Of a DNA stretch of 64,000 bases, positions 17,836-27,231 are shown piece by piece (the stretch's first letter is position 1; each line of letters opens with the position of its first letter). Made by a program: the position numbers and the translations under genes. Where the stretch lies: positions 1 through 64,000 of IMG/VR virus record IMGVR_UViG_3300020050_015145; one strand, given 5' to 3'. The notes beneath the pieces were generated by a model that had not been told where the DNA came from, made no database searches, and saw only the letters and a list, made by a program, of their open reading frames with translations. This DNA comes from a virus (lineage: Duplodnaviria > Caudoviricetes).

Positions 17836-17950
17836 GCGTATTTTTTCTTTTTAAGGTGAATCAAAAAACAAAGCAGGGCCGTTATGGCGGCGGCATACAG
17901 GGAATGAAACCCCCATATTGCCGCCGAAATCGTTAGCGTACTTATGAGTC

Positions 17951-18355
17951 TCATAGAGACATATTTTGAAGATTGCAGCGGTCAACGGTTTTGCCGGAAG
18001 CGATAGACAATGCCTGTCCAATCGTGAAGTGATAATCGGCAATGATTCTTTGAACCAGCGCCCAGCGTTCTTTGTGCTGTTGTTTGCGACGAATTTGCGC
18101 GGGTGTTTCGGTGCGCTCGGGTTTAACCATCGTCAAACGTTCTGCACAGCACGAAATCCAGTCTCCTTTTTTGAGATCAAAAAAACAGATGGTCTTTTTG
18201 CTTGATTTTCCGCCTTTAGGGTGCTTTTCGGCAGGAATATTTGAAAGGTTGGTCGTCACTCTGGCGCGACGGACTGAACTGTCTTTTTTAACAAATTCAA
18301 TCAAAACAGTTTGCCCGGCTGAAAGGGCTTTTTGAAGTTTGGTTGTTGGTTTCAT
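17951..18355 (-). CDS. SH3 beta-barrel (DUF2693/WYL-like) protein
   Basis: VLIEFVKKDSSVRRARVTTNL...FFDLKKGDWISC; likely start MKPTTK. Confidence 0.65.
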   Translation of the reverse strand: MKPTTKLQKALSAGQTVLIEFVKKDSSVRRARVTTNLSNIPAEKHPKGGKSSKKTICFFDLKKGDWISCCAERLTMVKPERTETPAQIRRKQQHKERWALVQRIIADYHFTIGQALSIASGKTVDRCNLQNMSL

Positions 18356-18445
18356 TTTTGAATCATTTTGAACGGCTACCCCGTCTTTGTGATACAATAT
18401 TAATACTATTATTAATAATAAGCAAAATATATTATTAATATTTTT

Positions 18446-18751
18446 TCAAGCGGCCAACAAACTGTTGATGCGAGCCTCTACCACCAAAGGCTCGTATTTG
18501 TTTTTGAGAAGATAGGCGCGAATTGAATTCAGTCCTACCTGTATTTTTCTGCCGGTCTTTAATACAGCTAATTCATTGCGCTTAATTAAGCGCCAAATTG
18601 TTGTGCGTGAGACATTTAGTATTACCTCCGCCGTTTCCATTCCCACCCATTCCACGCTCACCTTGGCGGACATAATCTGATTAAGCATGTCTTCCAGTGC
18701 CTTAATCCGAAGCTCAAGCGCATTTACTTTTTCAAGCGGAGCTACCTGCAT
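18446..18751 (-). CDS. Excisionase-like HTH (HTH_17) protein
   Basis: METAEVILNVSRTTIWRLIKRNEL...GRKI motif; located near the integrase. Confidence 0.75.
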   Translation of the reverse strand: MQVAPLEKVNALELRIKALEDMLNQIMSAKVSVEWVGMETAEVILNVSRTTIWRLIKRNELAVLKTGRKIQVGLNSIRAYLLKNKYEPLVVEARINSLLAA

Positions 18752-18756
18752 GATTT

Positions 18757-19038
18757 TTAAGGGTTAATTTGTTGAAGATGAACATTAATAATATTGATGA
18801 CGCTCTCCCGGTTGGATTGGTCGCCTTCGATCAATTTTTTAACTCCGTTCAGAATTTTTATTTCGGAGCTTTCCGATACTGGCTCACCCTTGCAAAAGAC
18901 CCATACCGTTTGGTAGGCTTTTAAACCACCCGCCTCCGCAACTGCCTGATAACCAAGCTTTGTGATTTCCGATTTAATTTTTTTAAAGGATTCTTCATCC
19001 TTTTGTATCTCCGAATTAACTGCGCGTGTCTTACCCAT
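18757..19038 (-). CDS. Cro-like regulator
   Basis: Divergent from the repressor; short helical protein. Confidence 0.55.
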   Translation of the reverse strand: MGKTRAVNSEIQKDEESFKKIKSEITKLGYQAVAEAGGLKAYQTVWVFCKGEPVSESSEIKILNGVKKLIEGDQSNRESVINIINVHLQQINP

Positions 19039-19186
19039 AGTTTTTGCCTTTTGTATCGCGTTTTTTACCGTTCAATAAAAACGCTTGCATATTATTAATA
19101 CAAGTATTAACTATATAATACCTTTGAACACAAAATTAATAATAATATTAATAGAGTTACAACATTAATAATAAATTATTTGCACC
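19039..19186. promoter_or_regulatory. Immunity control region with opposed promoters and operators
   Basis: TACCTTTG (+, 19119-19126), TAATTTTG (-, 19131-19138), ATTAATAATA copies at 19090, 19135 and 19164. Confidence 0.75.
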
Positions 19187-20038
19187 ATGCCTTACTTAAA
19201 TGAAAGTGAAATGCTTAGAAAAATCAAATTGCGCCGCTTCCTGCGTGAATTCGCGGGAGGAAACCAGAAGAAATTCGCGGACCTTACCGGTCTTCAACAA
19301 TCGCAGGTAAGCCAACTCGTGGGCGACCGCAGGGAGGTGACCGATAAAATGTGGATTAAAATACTTGGAAGCCTGAATGTACCCGACACAGCTCTGCCCG
19401 AAGATTACGATATGCTTCAGCAGGAGTTGGAGGTGAGCAAAAAAAGCGTTCACCAGGGAAGGCAACTGGAAGAGTACATGCGCAAACACAACATAAAGAA
19501 CATTGACGTTGCCAAAATACTGGGTGTAAGCCCCCCGATGGTAAGCATATACAAATCTTCCGAGCAGTTTCGCCCCGATGTAGCTGAAAAAATTAACAAA
19601 TTCCTGACTGTCAACGAAGACCCGGTGCTGTACGGAGCGTCTTCCGGTACACCCGACTCGCTGCCCTTGATTTCCGACAGCGTTCGCAACCTCACAGACT
19701 TATCCAAATGCCCGCGTTATGAAATTGTCCAAAAAACCGAGTATGACCTCAAAGACGCGGTTGTTATCAAGGTAGATACTGATTTTATGGAGCCCGTTTT
19801 TAAAAAAGACTCCGAATTGCTGGCCATTGCCGTGCCGTCTGCCAAATACAAATACCATACAGGTTTGACCGCCATCCACTACGCCGACATGGTAGCCATT
19901 GGTGAAGTAATGTCCAATGATTTGCTGGACAAAGGATTTATTACGCTTCAGCGGGGAAAAGGTGCCGTACTTCGCGTTTTGGGAGAGGATATTCAGCATT
20001 TGTGGCATATTGCACTGGGCCTTAACGTGAAGTTTTAA
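19187..20038 (+). CDS. CI-like repressor with two XRE HTH domains and an S24-like C-terminal domain
   Basis: NQKKFADLTGLQQSQVSQL and KNIDVAKILGVSPPMVS HTHs; VIKVDTDFMEP motif. Confidence 0.85.
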   Translation: MPYLNESEMLRKIKLRRFLREFAGGNQKKFADLTGLQQSQVSQLVGDRREVTDKMWIKILGSLNVPDTALPEDYDMLQQELEVSKKSVHQGRQLEEYMRKHNIKNIDVAKILGVSPPMVSIYKSSEQFRPDVAEKINKFLTVNEDPVLYGASSGTPDSLPLISDSVRNLTDLSKCPRYEIVQKTEYDLKDAVVIKVDTDFMEPVFKKDSELLAIAVPSAKYKYHTGLTAIHYADMVAIGEVMSNDLLDKGFITLQRGKGAVLRVLGEDIQHLWHIALGLNVKF

Positions 20039-21270
20039 TGGTTACCTTTCGTGTTGAACTTGCTTCGGCCCCGAATCGGGACGGGCAGTTTCCGGTACGT
20101 TTGCGCATTACCGCCGACCGCCGACACAAACGTATCAGCTTGGGCTTCGCCATTGCAAAAAAAGACCTGAACCCCAAAGCTACCTTGGATAAGGCGAATT
20201 GGATACGCGCCGGCCATCCGCAGCAATTGGCCTATAACAATCGAATTCGGGAAAAATGTGAGGCAATTATCAATGCGGTTTCTGAGTTATCCAAAGAGAC
20301 CGAACCTACCCTTGAAGCAGTGGAGCACGCATTGCTCAATGGCAACGACCAGTCTTTCATTGCTTATTACCGAAAGCAACTGGAGTATGTGGGCATAAAG
20401 AATTCGCTGGAAACGGCGGAAAACTACGGCGTACCGCTGAATAAAATCATCAAGCAGTTGCAGGAGAAAGGGAAAAGCGATTTAACCTTTCGGGAACTTA
20501 CCCTGGCGTGGCTGAAAAGCTTTGAGACTTACATGATTCAAATCCCCAATTCAAAAAACACGGTAAGCAAACAATTGGGGTTTGTCAAGACCATCGTCGG
20601 TGCGGCAATAAAAGACAAGCTGCTGAGTCCTCTTAACAACCCGTTTCAGGATTATAAATTTTCTTTTGAAGAAACGGAGCGCGAAAAACTAAGCCCGGAA
20701 GAAGTTAAGCAATTGGAGGATATGCCGCTGGACCCAACCTACCGCGTTTGTCACGCCCGCGACATTTTTCTTTTTATGTATTACACCCACGGGATGCGCA
20801 TTGGTGATGCGTTGTTTTTAAGGGTCAGCAACATTCACAAAGAGCCCGAGGCGTGGCGTTGCAGATACCAAATGCACAAAACCGACTCGCGGCGTAATGT
20901 GAAGCTCACGGAAAAAGCCCGTTTGATCGTGGAGAAATACGCCGAAAACAAAGGCCCGAATGACTTTTTATTTCCTTTTGTGGAGCTGGGGAAAAACTAC
21001 AACGACGAAAGAACTTACAAAGATACAAAATCAGCCAAGACATCCATCGTAAACAAGGGACTTGGCAAAATAAAGGAAAGGCTGGGCTGGGAGAAGAATT
21101 TGACCTGCCACATTGCCCGTCATACCTTTGCCGATGCGGCCCGGGTAAAAGGTGCCAATACCTATACCATTTCCAAAGCGCTGGGTCACGCCCGATTGTC
21201 CACCACCGAAAAATACCTGAAATCCTTTGACCAAAATGCAGTGGATGAAATTAACGATATATTTGAGTAG
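20038..21270 (+). CDS. int: Tyrosine integrase (arm-binding, SAM-like and catalytic domains)
   Basis: GMRIGD, HIARHTFA and LGHARLSTTEKY catalytic motifs. Confidence 0.95.
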   Translation: MVTFRVELASAPNRDGQFPVRLRITADRRHKRISLGFAIAKKDLNPKATLDKANWIRAGHPQQLAYNNRIREKCEAIINAVSELSKETEPTLEAVEHALLNGNDQSFIAYYRKQLEYVGIKNSLETAENYGVPLNKIIKQLQEKGKSDLTFRELTLAWLKSFETYMIQIPNSKNTVSKQLGFVKTIVGAAIKDKLLSPLNNPFQDYKFSFEETEREKLSPEEVKQLEDMPLDPTYRVCHARDIFLFMYYTHGMRIGDALFLRVSNIHKEPEAWRCRYQMHKTDSRRNVKLTEKARLIVEKYAENKGPNDFLFPFVELGKNYNDERTYKDTKSAKTSIVNKGLGKIKERLGWEKNLTCHIARHTFADAARVKGANTYTISKALGHARLSTTEKYLKSFDQNAVDEINDIFE

Positions 21271-21486
21271 TGAAACATGAGTGAAACAATTACGCAACAC
21301 AGTGAAACATTGAGCGTTTCAGGTTTTTCGTAAAAAGCATCTATACAGTTACTTTGCAACATTGAGTGTTTCGGATAGTATCAAAGTTCGAGAACCTCTC
21401 TCTCTGCTTATTACAATCAAAACCCCGTGTAAATCAGGTATTTACACGGGGTTTTTGCTTTAATGGTGTAACAAAAGTGAAACAAT
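21271..21486. other. Putative attP: TGAAACA arm repeats, tRNA-Ser-like core and hairpin
   Basis: TGAAACA at 21271, 21282, 21303 and 21479; GTTCGAGAACCTCTCTCTCTGC at 21386-21407. Confidence 0.65.
21419..21456. terminator. Bidirectional hairpin AAAACCCCGTGTAAAT-caggt-ATTTACACGGGGTTTT
   Basis: Perfect 16-bp inverted repeat between convergent genes. Confidence 0.8.
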
Positions 21487-22133
21487 TACTTTTTCTGCGC
21501 TTCTTTTTTTCGTTCCGCATCGGGCAACAGCACTTCTTTTACAAACTTTTGCGAATGGGCCGCATAGGCCATATCCATCCTGCTTGCTTTAGCGCCTAAT
21601 AAAGCATGGAGTATGATTCGGGTGGACTCGTCGCCCTCAACTTTTGCCATTTCAATGACTTCGCGTAATTTTTGTTCAATGCTCATTTTGTTTGTTTGGA
21701 TTTGCTTGGTGGAAGGTTTCTTTTTGATTGACTGGGCCATTGCTCCGAAAGAAAGCAAAAACAGAATCAGGAACATTTTAGGCTGAGCCGACATTGCCAA
21801 TGAGCCGGCGCTTTTGATTCGGATTCGATAACATTTATCAATGAAGTCCAAGTCCTCCCTATCCCTTTTCCATAATGACCTTTCAAGCGCTTTTTCAATA
21901 TCAAGATCACAAAGGACACACATTTTTGCAAAGTGCAGGTAGTCCATTGGTGTTTGGCGCAACTTCTCCCTTACTTCATTGATTTGTTTTTGAGTAGCAC
22001 CTGCCTGTATCAAAATACGGGTCGGTTCGTCCATGCTTTGAACAACGGCCAGCCTTTCGTCCCTGCCGAAGGTTTGAGAATGTTGATGAAAATCAGCGAG
22101 GGCTTTTGCGATTTTTTTAATTAGCTCTTTCAT
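21486..22133 (-). CDS. Hypothetical protein(s); may be two or three genes in one frame
   Basis: Internal start MSIEQKL with A-rich upstream context. Confidence 0.55.
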   Translation of the reverse strand: MKELIKKIAKALADFHQHSQTFGRDERLAVVQSMDEPTRILIQAGATQKQINEVREKLRQTPMDYLHFAKMCVLCDLDIEKALERSLWKRDREDLDFIDKCYRIRIKSAGSLAMSAQPKMFLILFLLSFGAMAQSIKKKPSTKQIQTNKMSIEQKLREVIEMAKVEGDESTRIILHALLGAKASRMDMAYAAHSQKFVKEVLLPDAERKKEAQKK

Positions 22134-22137
22134 TGCT

Positions 22138-22776
22138 TTACGAATTTATATGGTCAAATCTGTCATGGTTCCATCCGTTATCCCTTTCGTTTTCCAAATC
22201 TGCACTATTGGTGCTTTTGGGTGGCTTGACCTTTAAAGAGACCGGCAAAGGTTCGTGCCGTTGTAGGGTTGTTTTGTCTACTGCAAGCCCTGCCTTAATC
22301 AGTCCAAAAACATCAAAGTTTTTAGATAACTGCCACTTAACAACAGTTGGCGCATGGACATGGTAATGTTGCAAGTCAGAATCTGCACCTACATCGCCAT
22401 CACGATAAATAAAAAGCCTTTCGACGCCGCTCCATAGCACCCATCTTTCTTCTTTTTTGCCAATATCTCTATGGGTAATGTTGTTGCCGATAAATTTTTT
22501 ATTGAAAACAAGAAAATACGCCTCCTTCATTTCATCTTGTGACATATCGCTTAATGGGCGAAGGATGAGCTTTACATCTTTCGCATCATTCCAAGTTGGA
22601 CTTTCTTCAAGATGGGTGCCGTCCTCCAAAAAAAACTGCACTCCACATTCAAATCCACCATTGATAACGTCGGACAAATGACCCCTTCTTTTGCTTTGAT
22701 CGGAGTATACTCCCAACACGTCACAACCCATGTATAGGTGTAAGTAATTTTCAATTTTCATAATTAGTTCTTTCAT
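22138..22776 (-). CDS. Hypothetical phage protein
   Basis: Likely start at 22776, just after the upstream stop; KLILRPLSDM motif. Confidence 0.7.
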   Translation of the reverse strand: MKELIMKIENYLHLYMGCDVLGVYSDQSKRRGHLSDVINGGFECGVQFFLEDGTHLEESPTWNDAKDVKLILRPLSDMSQDEMKEAYFLVFNKKFIGNNITHRDIGKKEERWVLWSGVERLFIYRDGDVGADSDLQHYHVHAPTVVKWQLSKNFDVFGLIKAGLAVDKTTLQRHEPLPVSLKVKPPKSTNSADLENERDNGWNHDRFDHINS

Positions 22777-22786
22777 TGGTTTTATT

Positions 22787-23020
22787 TTAAAAATCAAATT
22801 CCCAAAATGCACGGTCAATTGCCGCGCTGCCACAAATCGAACAAACCGCCGAACCTCCGCGTATTTCATTCGAATGCTTTTGAATATTTTCTTCGGTATC
22901 TTCCAACCGTTCCCCGTTCTCCAAAAGGATAATCCCTTTTTCATCATTGCATACATGACTTGAGGGAGCACCATCAATAAAAGCGTGTGCGCCATTGGGT
23001 AACTGAATAAGTCCGTTCAT
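22787..23020 (-). CDS. Hypothetical protein
   Basis: 77 aa with CSICG motif. Confidence 0.65.
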   Translation of the reverse strand: MNGLIQLPNGAHAFIDGAPSSHVCNDEKGIILLENGERLEDTEENIQKHSNEIRGGSAVCSICGSAAIDRAFWEFDF

Positions 23021-23032
23021 ATTGGTTTAACA

Positions 23033-23368
23033 TTAAGTGTTAAGAATTTCAGCCGTGCCCAATTCATCCAAACCTTTAACTTCCTGCCTGTGCAAACTTT
23101 CACGAATGGTGTTCAAATCTCTGAGAAGTACATCTACACCTTTTGTGTTAGCAAACGAGAAGACAAGCGCTGGACGTCGGCAGTCTGCCGGCTGTCCCTT
23201 TGCAAAGTCGGGGTGTTGTTCTCCGACCGCTCCCGCTTGCTCGGCCGGATAAAATCCTATCATATTTACAACGCCATAGTTGCTTATTGCGCCCAGCACT
23301 ACCGAACCGTGGCCAAATTCAATGAACGGCACTTCTTTTTCTTTTCCAAAATCGGTTAGTCCTAACAT
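23033..23368 (-). CDS. Hypothetical protein
   Basis: 111 aa ORF in operon. Confidence 0.65.
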   Translation of the reverse strand: MLGLTDFGKEKEVPFIEFGHGSVVLGAISNYGVVNMIGFYPAEQAGAVGEQHPDFAKGQPADCRRPALVFSFANTKGVDVLLRDLNTIRESLHRQEVKGLDELGTAEILNT

Positions 23369-23399
23369 GTTTTTTAATGGTTAAATGGTTGATTGTACT

Positions 23400-24209
23400 T
23401 TACCAATCTCTTCCGCACGCGCAATCGTAGTCTTTTTCCAATTCCGCATCTTTGTTATCAAGCCCTTCAATAAGTAAATCGCGTGATAACTTTTTGCCTC
23501 TAAAAATCTCCGTGTCGAGCTCCCAGTATTTTTCCTGCATATCATCCCACCACAAAAAGCGGCTTGAATGTTTGGCAAACATTTTCATTAATTTTGAATG
23601 CGATTTTTTGTAGCAGAAGTCGCAGTTCCCTTCAAATTCTTCAATCTGAAGTCCGTAGATTTCGCGACGATGGTAATCTTCCTGAAAAAAATCATTAACG
23701 TGTTGCTTAGTTACTCCCAAGTCATAAAGCGGATAAATATAGTTTGGGTCATTTTTAACCCTTTTCGGTTCGTCAAAACGCATTCCTATTGCCTCTACAT
23801 ATTCATCCTTTTGCAAGCCCAAATGTTCGCGAATAAAAGCTTTAATTGGGTTGATTTTCAACTCTCTGGTGCAGTGCGGAAAAGCAATGGAAGGCAGACC
23901 ATATTTACTGATAACCGCTTCAAAGGGCTCGCCGTCCATTGAAATATTATTCCAGTCATCTATAATGGTATAGCCTGTAGCCTTCCTTTCGTCGGGATAT
24001 ACTTTTGCCTCAATCACATAAAGGGGAGCCTCTAAATAATCGCGCATCCAACCTCTTGCAAAAACAATTGTGCTATCTAATTCCCTGCCTGTATTGGCAA
24101 AAACATAGTGCTTTTTTCTGTGTTTATAGTCATGGTGATTTTCCATCAACCAACACAGGTATGCCGAAGATTTACCGCCCGAAAAACTAACTACAATGTC
24201 CTTTTCCAT
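23400..24209 (-). CDS. PAPS reductase family (PP-loop) protein
   Basis: SFSGGKSS, FANTGRE, CTRELKINP and GNCDFC motifs. Confidence 0.85.
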   Translation of the reverse strand: MEKDIVVSFSGGKSSAYLCWLMENHHDYKHRKKHYVFANTGRELDSTIVFARGWMRDYLEAPLYVIEAKVYPDERKATGYTIIDDWNNISMDGEPFEAVISKYGLPSIAFPHCTRELKINPIKAFIREHLGLQKDEYVEAIGMRFDEPKRVKNDPNYIYPLYDLGVTKQHVNDFFQEDYHRREIYGLQIEEFEGNCDFCYKKSHSKLMKMFAKHSSRFLWWDDMQEKYWELDTEIFRGKKLSRDLLIEGLDNKDAELEKDYDCACGRDW

Positions 24210-24224
24210 GTATCTACCAACCTT

Positions 24225-24506
24225 TTAAAACCCAAACTCCCTAACCTGCACATCCTGACCGCGCAACGCCTTGGCAAAGGCTTCGTAGAAGTACACAAAA
24301 ACAACTCCTTTTGTGTACAAACCCATGTTGATGGATTGCTCGGCGTAAGAGGTACACCACTTTATACCGAACTTAGCCACGATCAACTCGCGTGCCTGGT
24401 TCTCTGTTTTGGCATTGACCTGCACCAACCCGTGCCGGTCCCATTTGGTGCCATTAGGCAGGATATGGGAATGAGCCTGCCCCAGCGTAAAAAAGTACTT
24501 GTTCAT
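24225..24506 (-). CDS. Hypothetical phage protein
   Basis: 93 aa; first gene after the promoter at 24545-24552. Confidence 0.7.
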   Translation of the reverse strand: MNKYFFTLGQAHSHILPNGTKWDRHGLVQVNAKTENQARELIVAKFGIKWCTSYAEQSINMGLYTKGVVFVYFYEAFAKALRGQDVQVREFGF

Positions 24507-24666
24507 TTTGCTTCGATTTTGATGAATTACTTATTTTGACTCCACAAAATTAATAATAATATTAATAATATAGTTAATATTGACCTGATTTATTTTCACA
24601 AAACACAAAAAAAACCGCTCGGAAATCTCCGAACGGTCTTAGCATCACGCAACGATTAAAAATATT

Positions 24667-25107
24667 TTAGATAGGCCCCGCCCATTTCAATCGGCAATAC
24701 CAAAGCGTTGACTGCGTTCCGCTTCCCACCCCTTTGATTCTGATGTGGGTATAAGCGTAATTATCCACCTCAATGGTTTTGGACTGAAACACCCCCGATG
24801 TGGTATTGACAAAAGCCACTGTGTCCGCCGTGGGGTGCGTCGTAAAGTTTGTGCCGTCGTTTGACACTTCCACCGTAAAGGTAATGTTGGCCGTACCGGA
24901 AAGCTCTTTTCCGATAATGTGCGCCGTAACTTTTTTCCACGCTCCGCCCAGCTTCAGGGTTTGCGTGTCGGTGGTAGCGTCGGCCGTTGTGTCGCTTTTG
25001 TAGGTGTTTTGGTCGGAAATGGGAGTTCCTATTCCTGTTACGCCTGACTGAGCAAAGCTCGTAACGGCCAGCATTAAAATTGCAATAAAAGATACTATGG
25101 TTTTCAT
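24667..25107 (-). CDS. Secreted beta-rich protein with Sec signal peptide
   Basis: MKTIVSFIAILMLAVTSFA/Q. Confidence 0.75.
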   Translation of the reverse strand: MKTIVSFIAILMLAVTSFAQSGVTGIGTPISDQNTYKSDTTADATTDTQTLKLGGAWKKVTAHIIGKELSGTANITFTVEVSNDGTNFTTHPTADTVAFVNTTSGVFQSKTIEVDNYAYTHIRIKGVGSGTQSTLWYCRLKWAGPI

Positions 25108-25143
25108 TGTGTAAAAAGCGGAATACCACCGCCATGTTTTTAG

Positions 25144-25506
25144 TTAAATTTTTCTATACTTCTTCCAAACTTTGCCGCCAAACGCCCTGACAAAACCGTA
25201 CATCGTATATCGTTGCCACTTGGGAACTCCTGCCTTTTGCATCAATTCCAGCCAAATAATATCTACCTGTTTGCGTGTTAAGTTGTGCGAAGAAGGTACT
25301 TGGTACATATAATCATGCACAATACTTGGCATTGCGGCCAATCCCTGCGGAGGTATCAACCACCAGACCGCCTGCGGCACAGATGCAAAATCGGTCGTGA
25401 ATCCCGACGTAATCAGCACCGAACCGAACGCACAATCCTCCACAACCTCAAACCAGTCGTATTTTCCTGAATGTTTCACAAGGATGATGCGCGGGTAAGT
25501 GGTCAT
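25144..25506 (-). CDS. DUF1353 family protein
   Basis: GFTTDFASVP...IVHDYMY motif. Confidence 0.8.
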   Translation of the reverse strand: MTTYPRIILVKHSGKYDWFEVVEDCAFGSVLITSGFTTDFASVPQAVWWLIPPQGLAAMPSIVHDYMYQVPSSHNLTRKQVDIIWLELMQKAGVPKWQRYTMYGFVRAFGGKVWKKYRKI

Positions 25507-25928
25507 TATTCGGGATTTTCTGGTTCGGGCGTTGGTTCCGCGTAAAGCGGGTCACCGTTTTGCTCTTCGATTGGGGCAAGCCCGTAGCCGTAAATGCCCG
25601 CCAACCCTGTGGCCGCTGCGTACTTTTGCGCCTCGGTTCCAAAAATCAACCCCTGCACAATTTGCCCGATTTGAACTTCCGCTTGCTCCTGCGTAGCGCC
25701 CAATCCAATCGCCTTTTCGACAAATTCAGAAGTCAACGCATTTAGCCCGCCAAACTTCGTTCCTGTATCCAGAAGAAATTCAACAAAGAATCCGAATTCA
25801 ATATTGGGCAAAAGCGATATAACAATATTGGTATTGATACGCGCCGCAATCCCTACTACCGTGCGCGTAATGTTGGCTTGGTCGGTGAATGTCCGTGTTG
25901 GATTCACCTTGAAAAAGTAATTTTCCAT
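25506..25928 (-). CDS. Hypothetical protein
   Basis: 140 aa ORF coupled to neighbours. Confidence 0.7.
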   Translation of the reverse strand: MENYFFKVNPTRTFTDQANITRTVVGIAARINTNIVISLLPNIEFGFFVEFLLDTGTKFGGLNALTSEFVEKAIGLGATQEQAEVQIGQIVQGLIFGTEAQKYAAATGLAGIYGYGLAPIEEQNGDPLYAEPTPEPENPE

Positions 25929-25930
25929 AA

Positions 25931-26434
25931 CTATATTGTTTTAAGTTGAAAGTGCATTCCGTCCTCATTCTTTCCTTTCCAGTATCCGCCCCAATCGAAG
26001 CCGGCATCCGTGAAGCATTTTACAAATCCCTCCGAAAGCGTTGACTTTCCCCCAAAAGGATTCCATGCGGCATTCACATCAATAGCCACCGCCCAACTGT
26101 GAAGGCTCCAAGAATCTTTGCCGCGTTTGTAGCGGATGTTAAAACACCCATCCCACGTTTTCAATTCATCCGCATGACCCCTTGCAATCAGGTTCCGAAA
26201 AGCTTTTTCCAAAGGAGCTGTCAAAATTCGATTACAGTACAGACGGTTTGGCAAGGCGGGTATGGCATCGTTTATGCTCGTTGGAATATCCCACAGTACA
26301 AGCAGGGAGCCTTCCCACGCGACAGACGCGACAGGAAGCCCCCATTTTTTGATACATTGATTACTTGTCAGCATCTTTTTTGCCTCTTGTTTTACCTCCG
26401 CCCATTTTCCCAAGTACCGCGTCGGTTCCTGCAT
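25931..26434 (-). CDS. Endolysin, M15 family peptidase
   Basis: GCFNIR, SLHSWAVAIDVN, WGGYW and DGMHFQL motifs. Confidence 0.9.
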   Translation of the reverse strand: MQEPTRYLGKWAEVKQEAKKMLTSNQCIKKWGLPVASVAWEGSLLVLWDIPTSINDAIPALPNRLYCNRILTAPLEKAFRNLIARGHADELKTWDGCFNIRYKRGKDSWSLHSWAVAIDVNAAWNPFGGKSTLSEGFVKCFTDAGFDWGGYWKGKNEDGMHFQLKTI

Positions 26435-26807
26435 TGGCTACATCGTCCGCACGCCGTTCAAGTGTCTTGAAAAAACGCGTAACGATTTTCAGAATCAGAA
26501 CACCCGTGCAGCCTATCAGAAAATACACCGCATTCACATCCCACTTGGGCAATACCAATTCATGTACCGTGGAAGACAAAGCCAGCGAACACGAAAAGCC
26601 GATTCCCACCTTTATCCAAAATTCGGAGGTTGAAAGCGTCGTTGATAGCTTTGCACCTGCTGCGCTGCCGGCACCTGCTGCCAACGCTTTGATGGCGAAT
26701 GCAGTTGCGGCACTTCCTAAGAAGCCCAAAATCGTTGCCAGTACTGGCACACCTGCAAGGATGCTCAATATGCCGTACAGCGCGTATATTGTCAGTTCCA
26801 TAAGCAT
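26361..26807 (-). CDS. Putative holin
   Basis: Multiple TM segments, basic C-terminus, immediately upstream of the endolysin. Confidence 0.7.
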   Translation of the reverse strand: MLMELTIYALYGILSILAGVPVLATILGFLGSAATAFAIKALAAGAGSAAGAKLSTTLSTSEFWIKVGIGFSCSLALSSTVHELVLPKWDVNAVYFLIGCTGVLILKIVTRFFKTLERRADDVANAGTDAVLGKMGGGKTRGKKDADK

Positions 26808-26874
26808 ACTCGTATTTTTAGTGGGGTTGTTGGTTGCTAATTGTGCTTGTGTTTTCATATCAGTAGGGTATAAT

Positions 26875-27231
26875 TTACTTTATAGTGACAATCAAAACAC
26901 CCACCCCAACGCCTCCCAAAGCCGACAAAACGGGCCGCAAAATCTTGTATTTCCGTATTCGCCAAATCACTTTCCGCTCATTCCAAACTTCAAGATTCAG
27001 CACTTTCAACAAACGCGCCTGTTGGTTGGCGTTCAGCGTTTTGATATTGGTCAAGGCTCGCTTCAAAAGGTTCGATTCGGCAAGCAAATCAGGATAATCA
27101 TTCAGAATCTTAATGGTTGAATCAATCTCAATTTGACTTCCGCACAGACAATTTGAATCCGTTTTTTTTGTTAGCTGACTCCAGCTTTTTGTTGCGCACA
27201 GAATCAGACTTAAAAGGAATAGGCACAGCAT
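26875..27231 (-). CDS. Spanin-like component (signal peptide plus C-terminal TM)
   Basis: MLCLFLLSLILCATKSWS/Q; C-terminal ILRPVLSALGGVGVGVLIVTIK; overlaps the lipoprotein gene. Confidence 0.5.
   Translation of the reverse strand: MLCLFLLSLILCATKSWSQLTKKTDSNCLCGSQIEIDSTIKILNDYPDLLAESNLLKRALTNIKTLNANQQARLLKVLNLEVWNERKVIWRIRKYKILRPVLSALGGVGVGVLIVTIK

Noticed and set aside
20038-21270. Phage integrase as an integron integrase (IntI)
   Set aside because: The domain layout is arm-binding phage type with its own att site; I could not recognise an IntI-specific insertion, though this needs an alignment
21386-21407. Possible tRNA gene
   Set aside because: Only a 3'-end-like fragment, with no D or anticodon arm; treated as the att core
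26799-26807. Holin dual-start motif (M-L-M)
   Set aside because: There is no charged residue between the starts as in lambda S107/S105; not enough evidence
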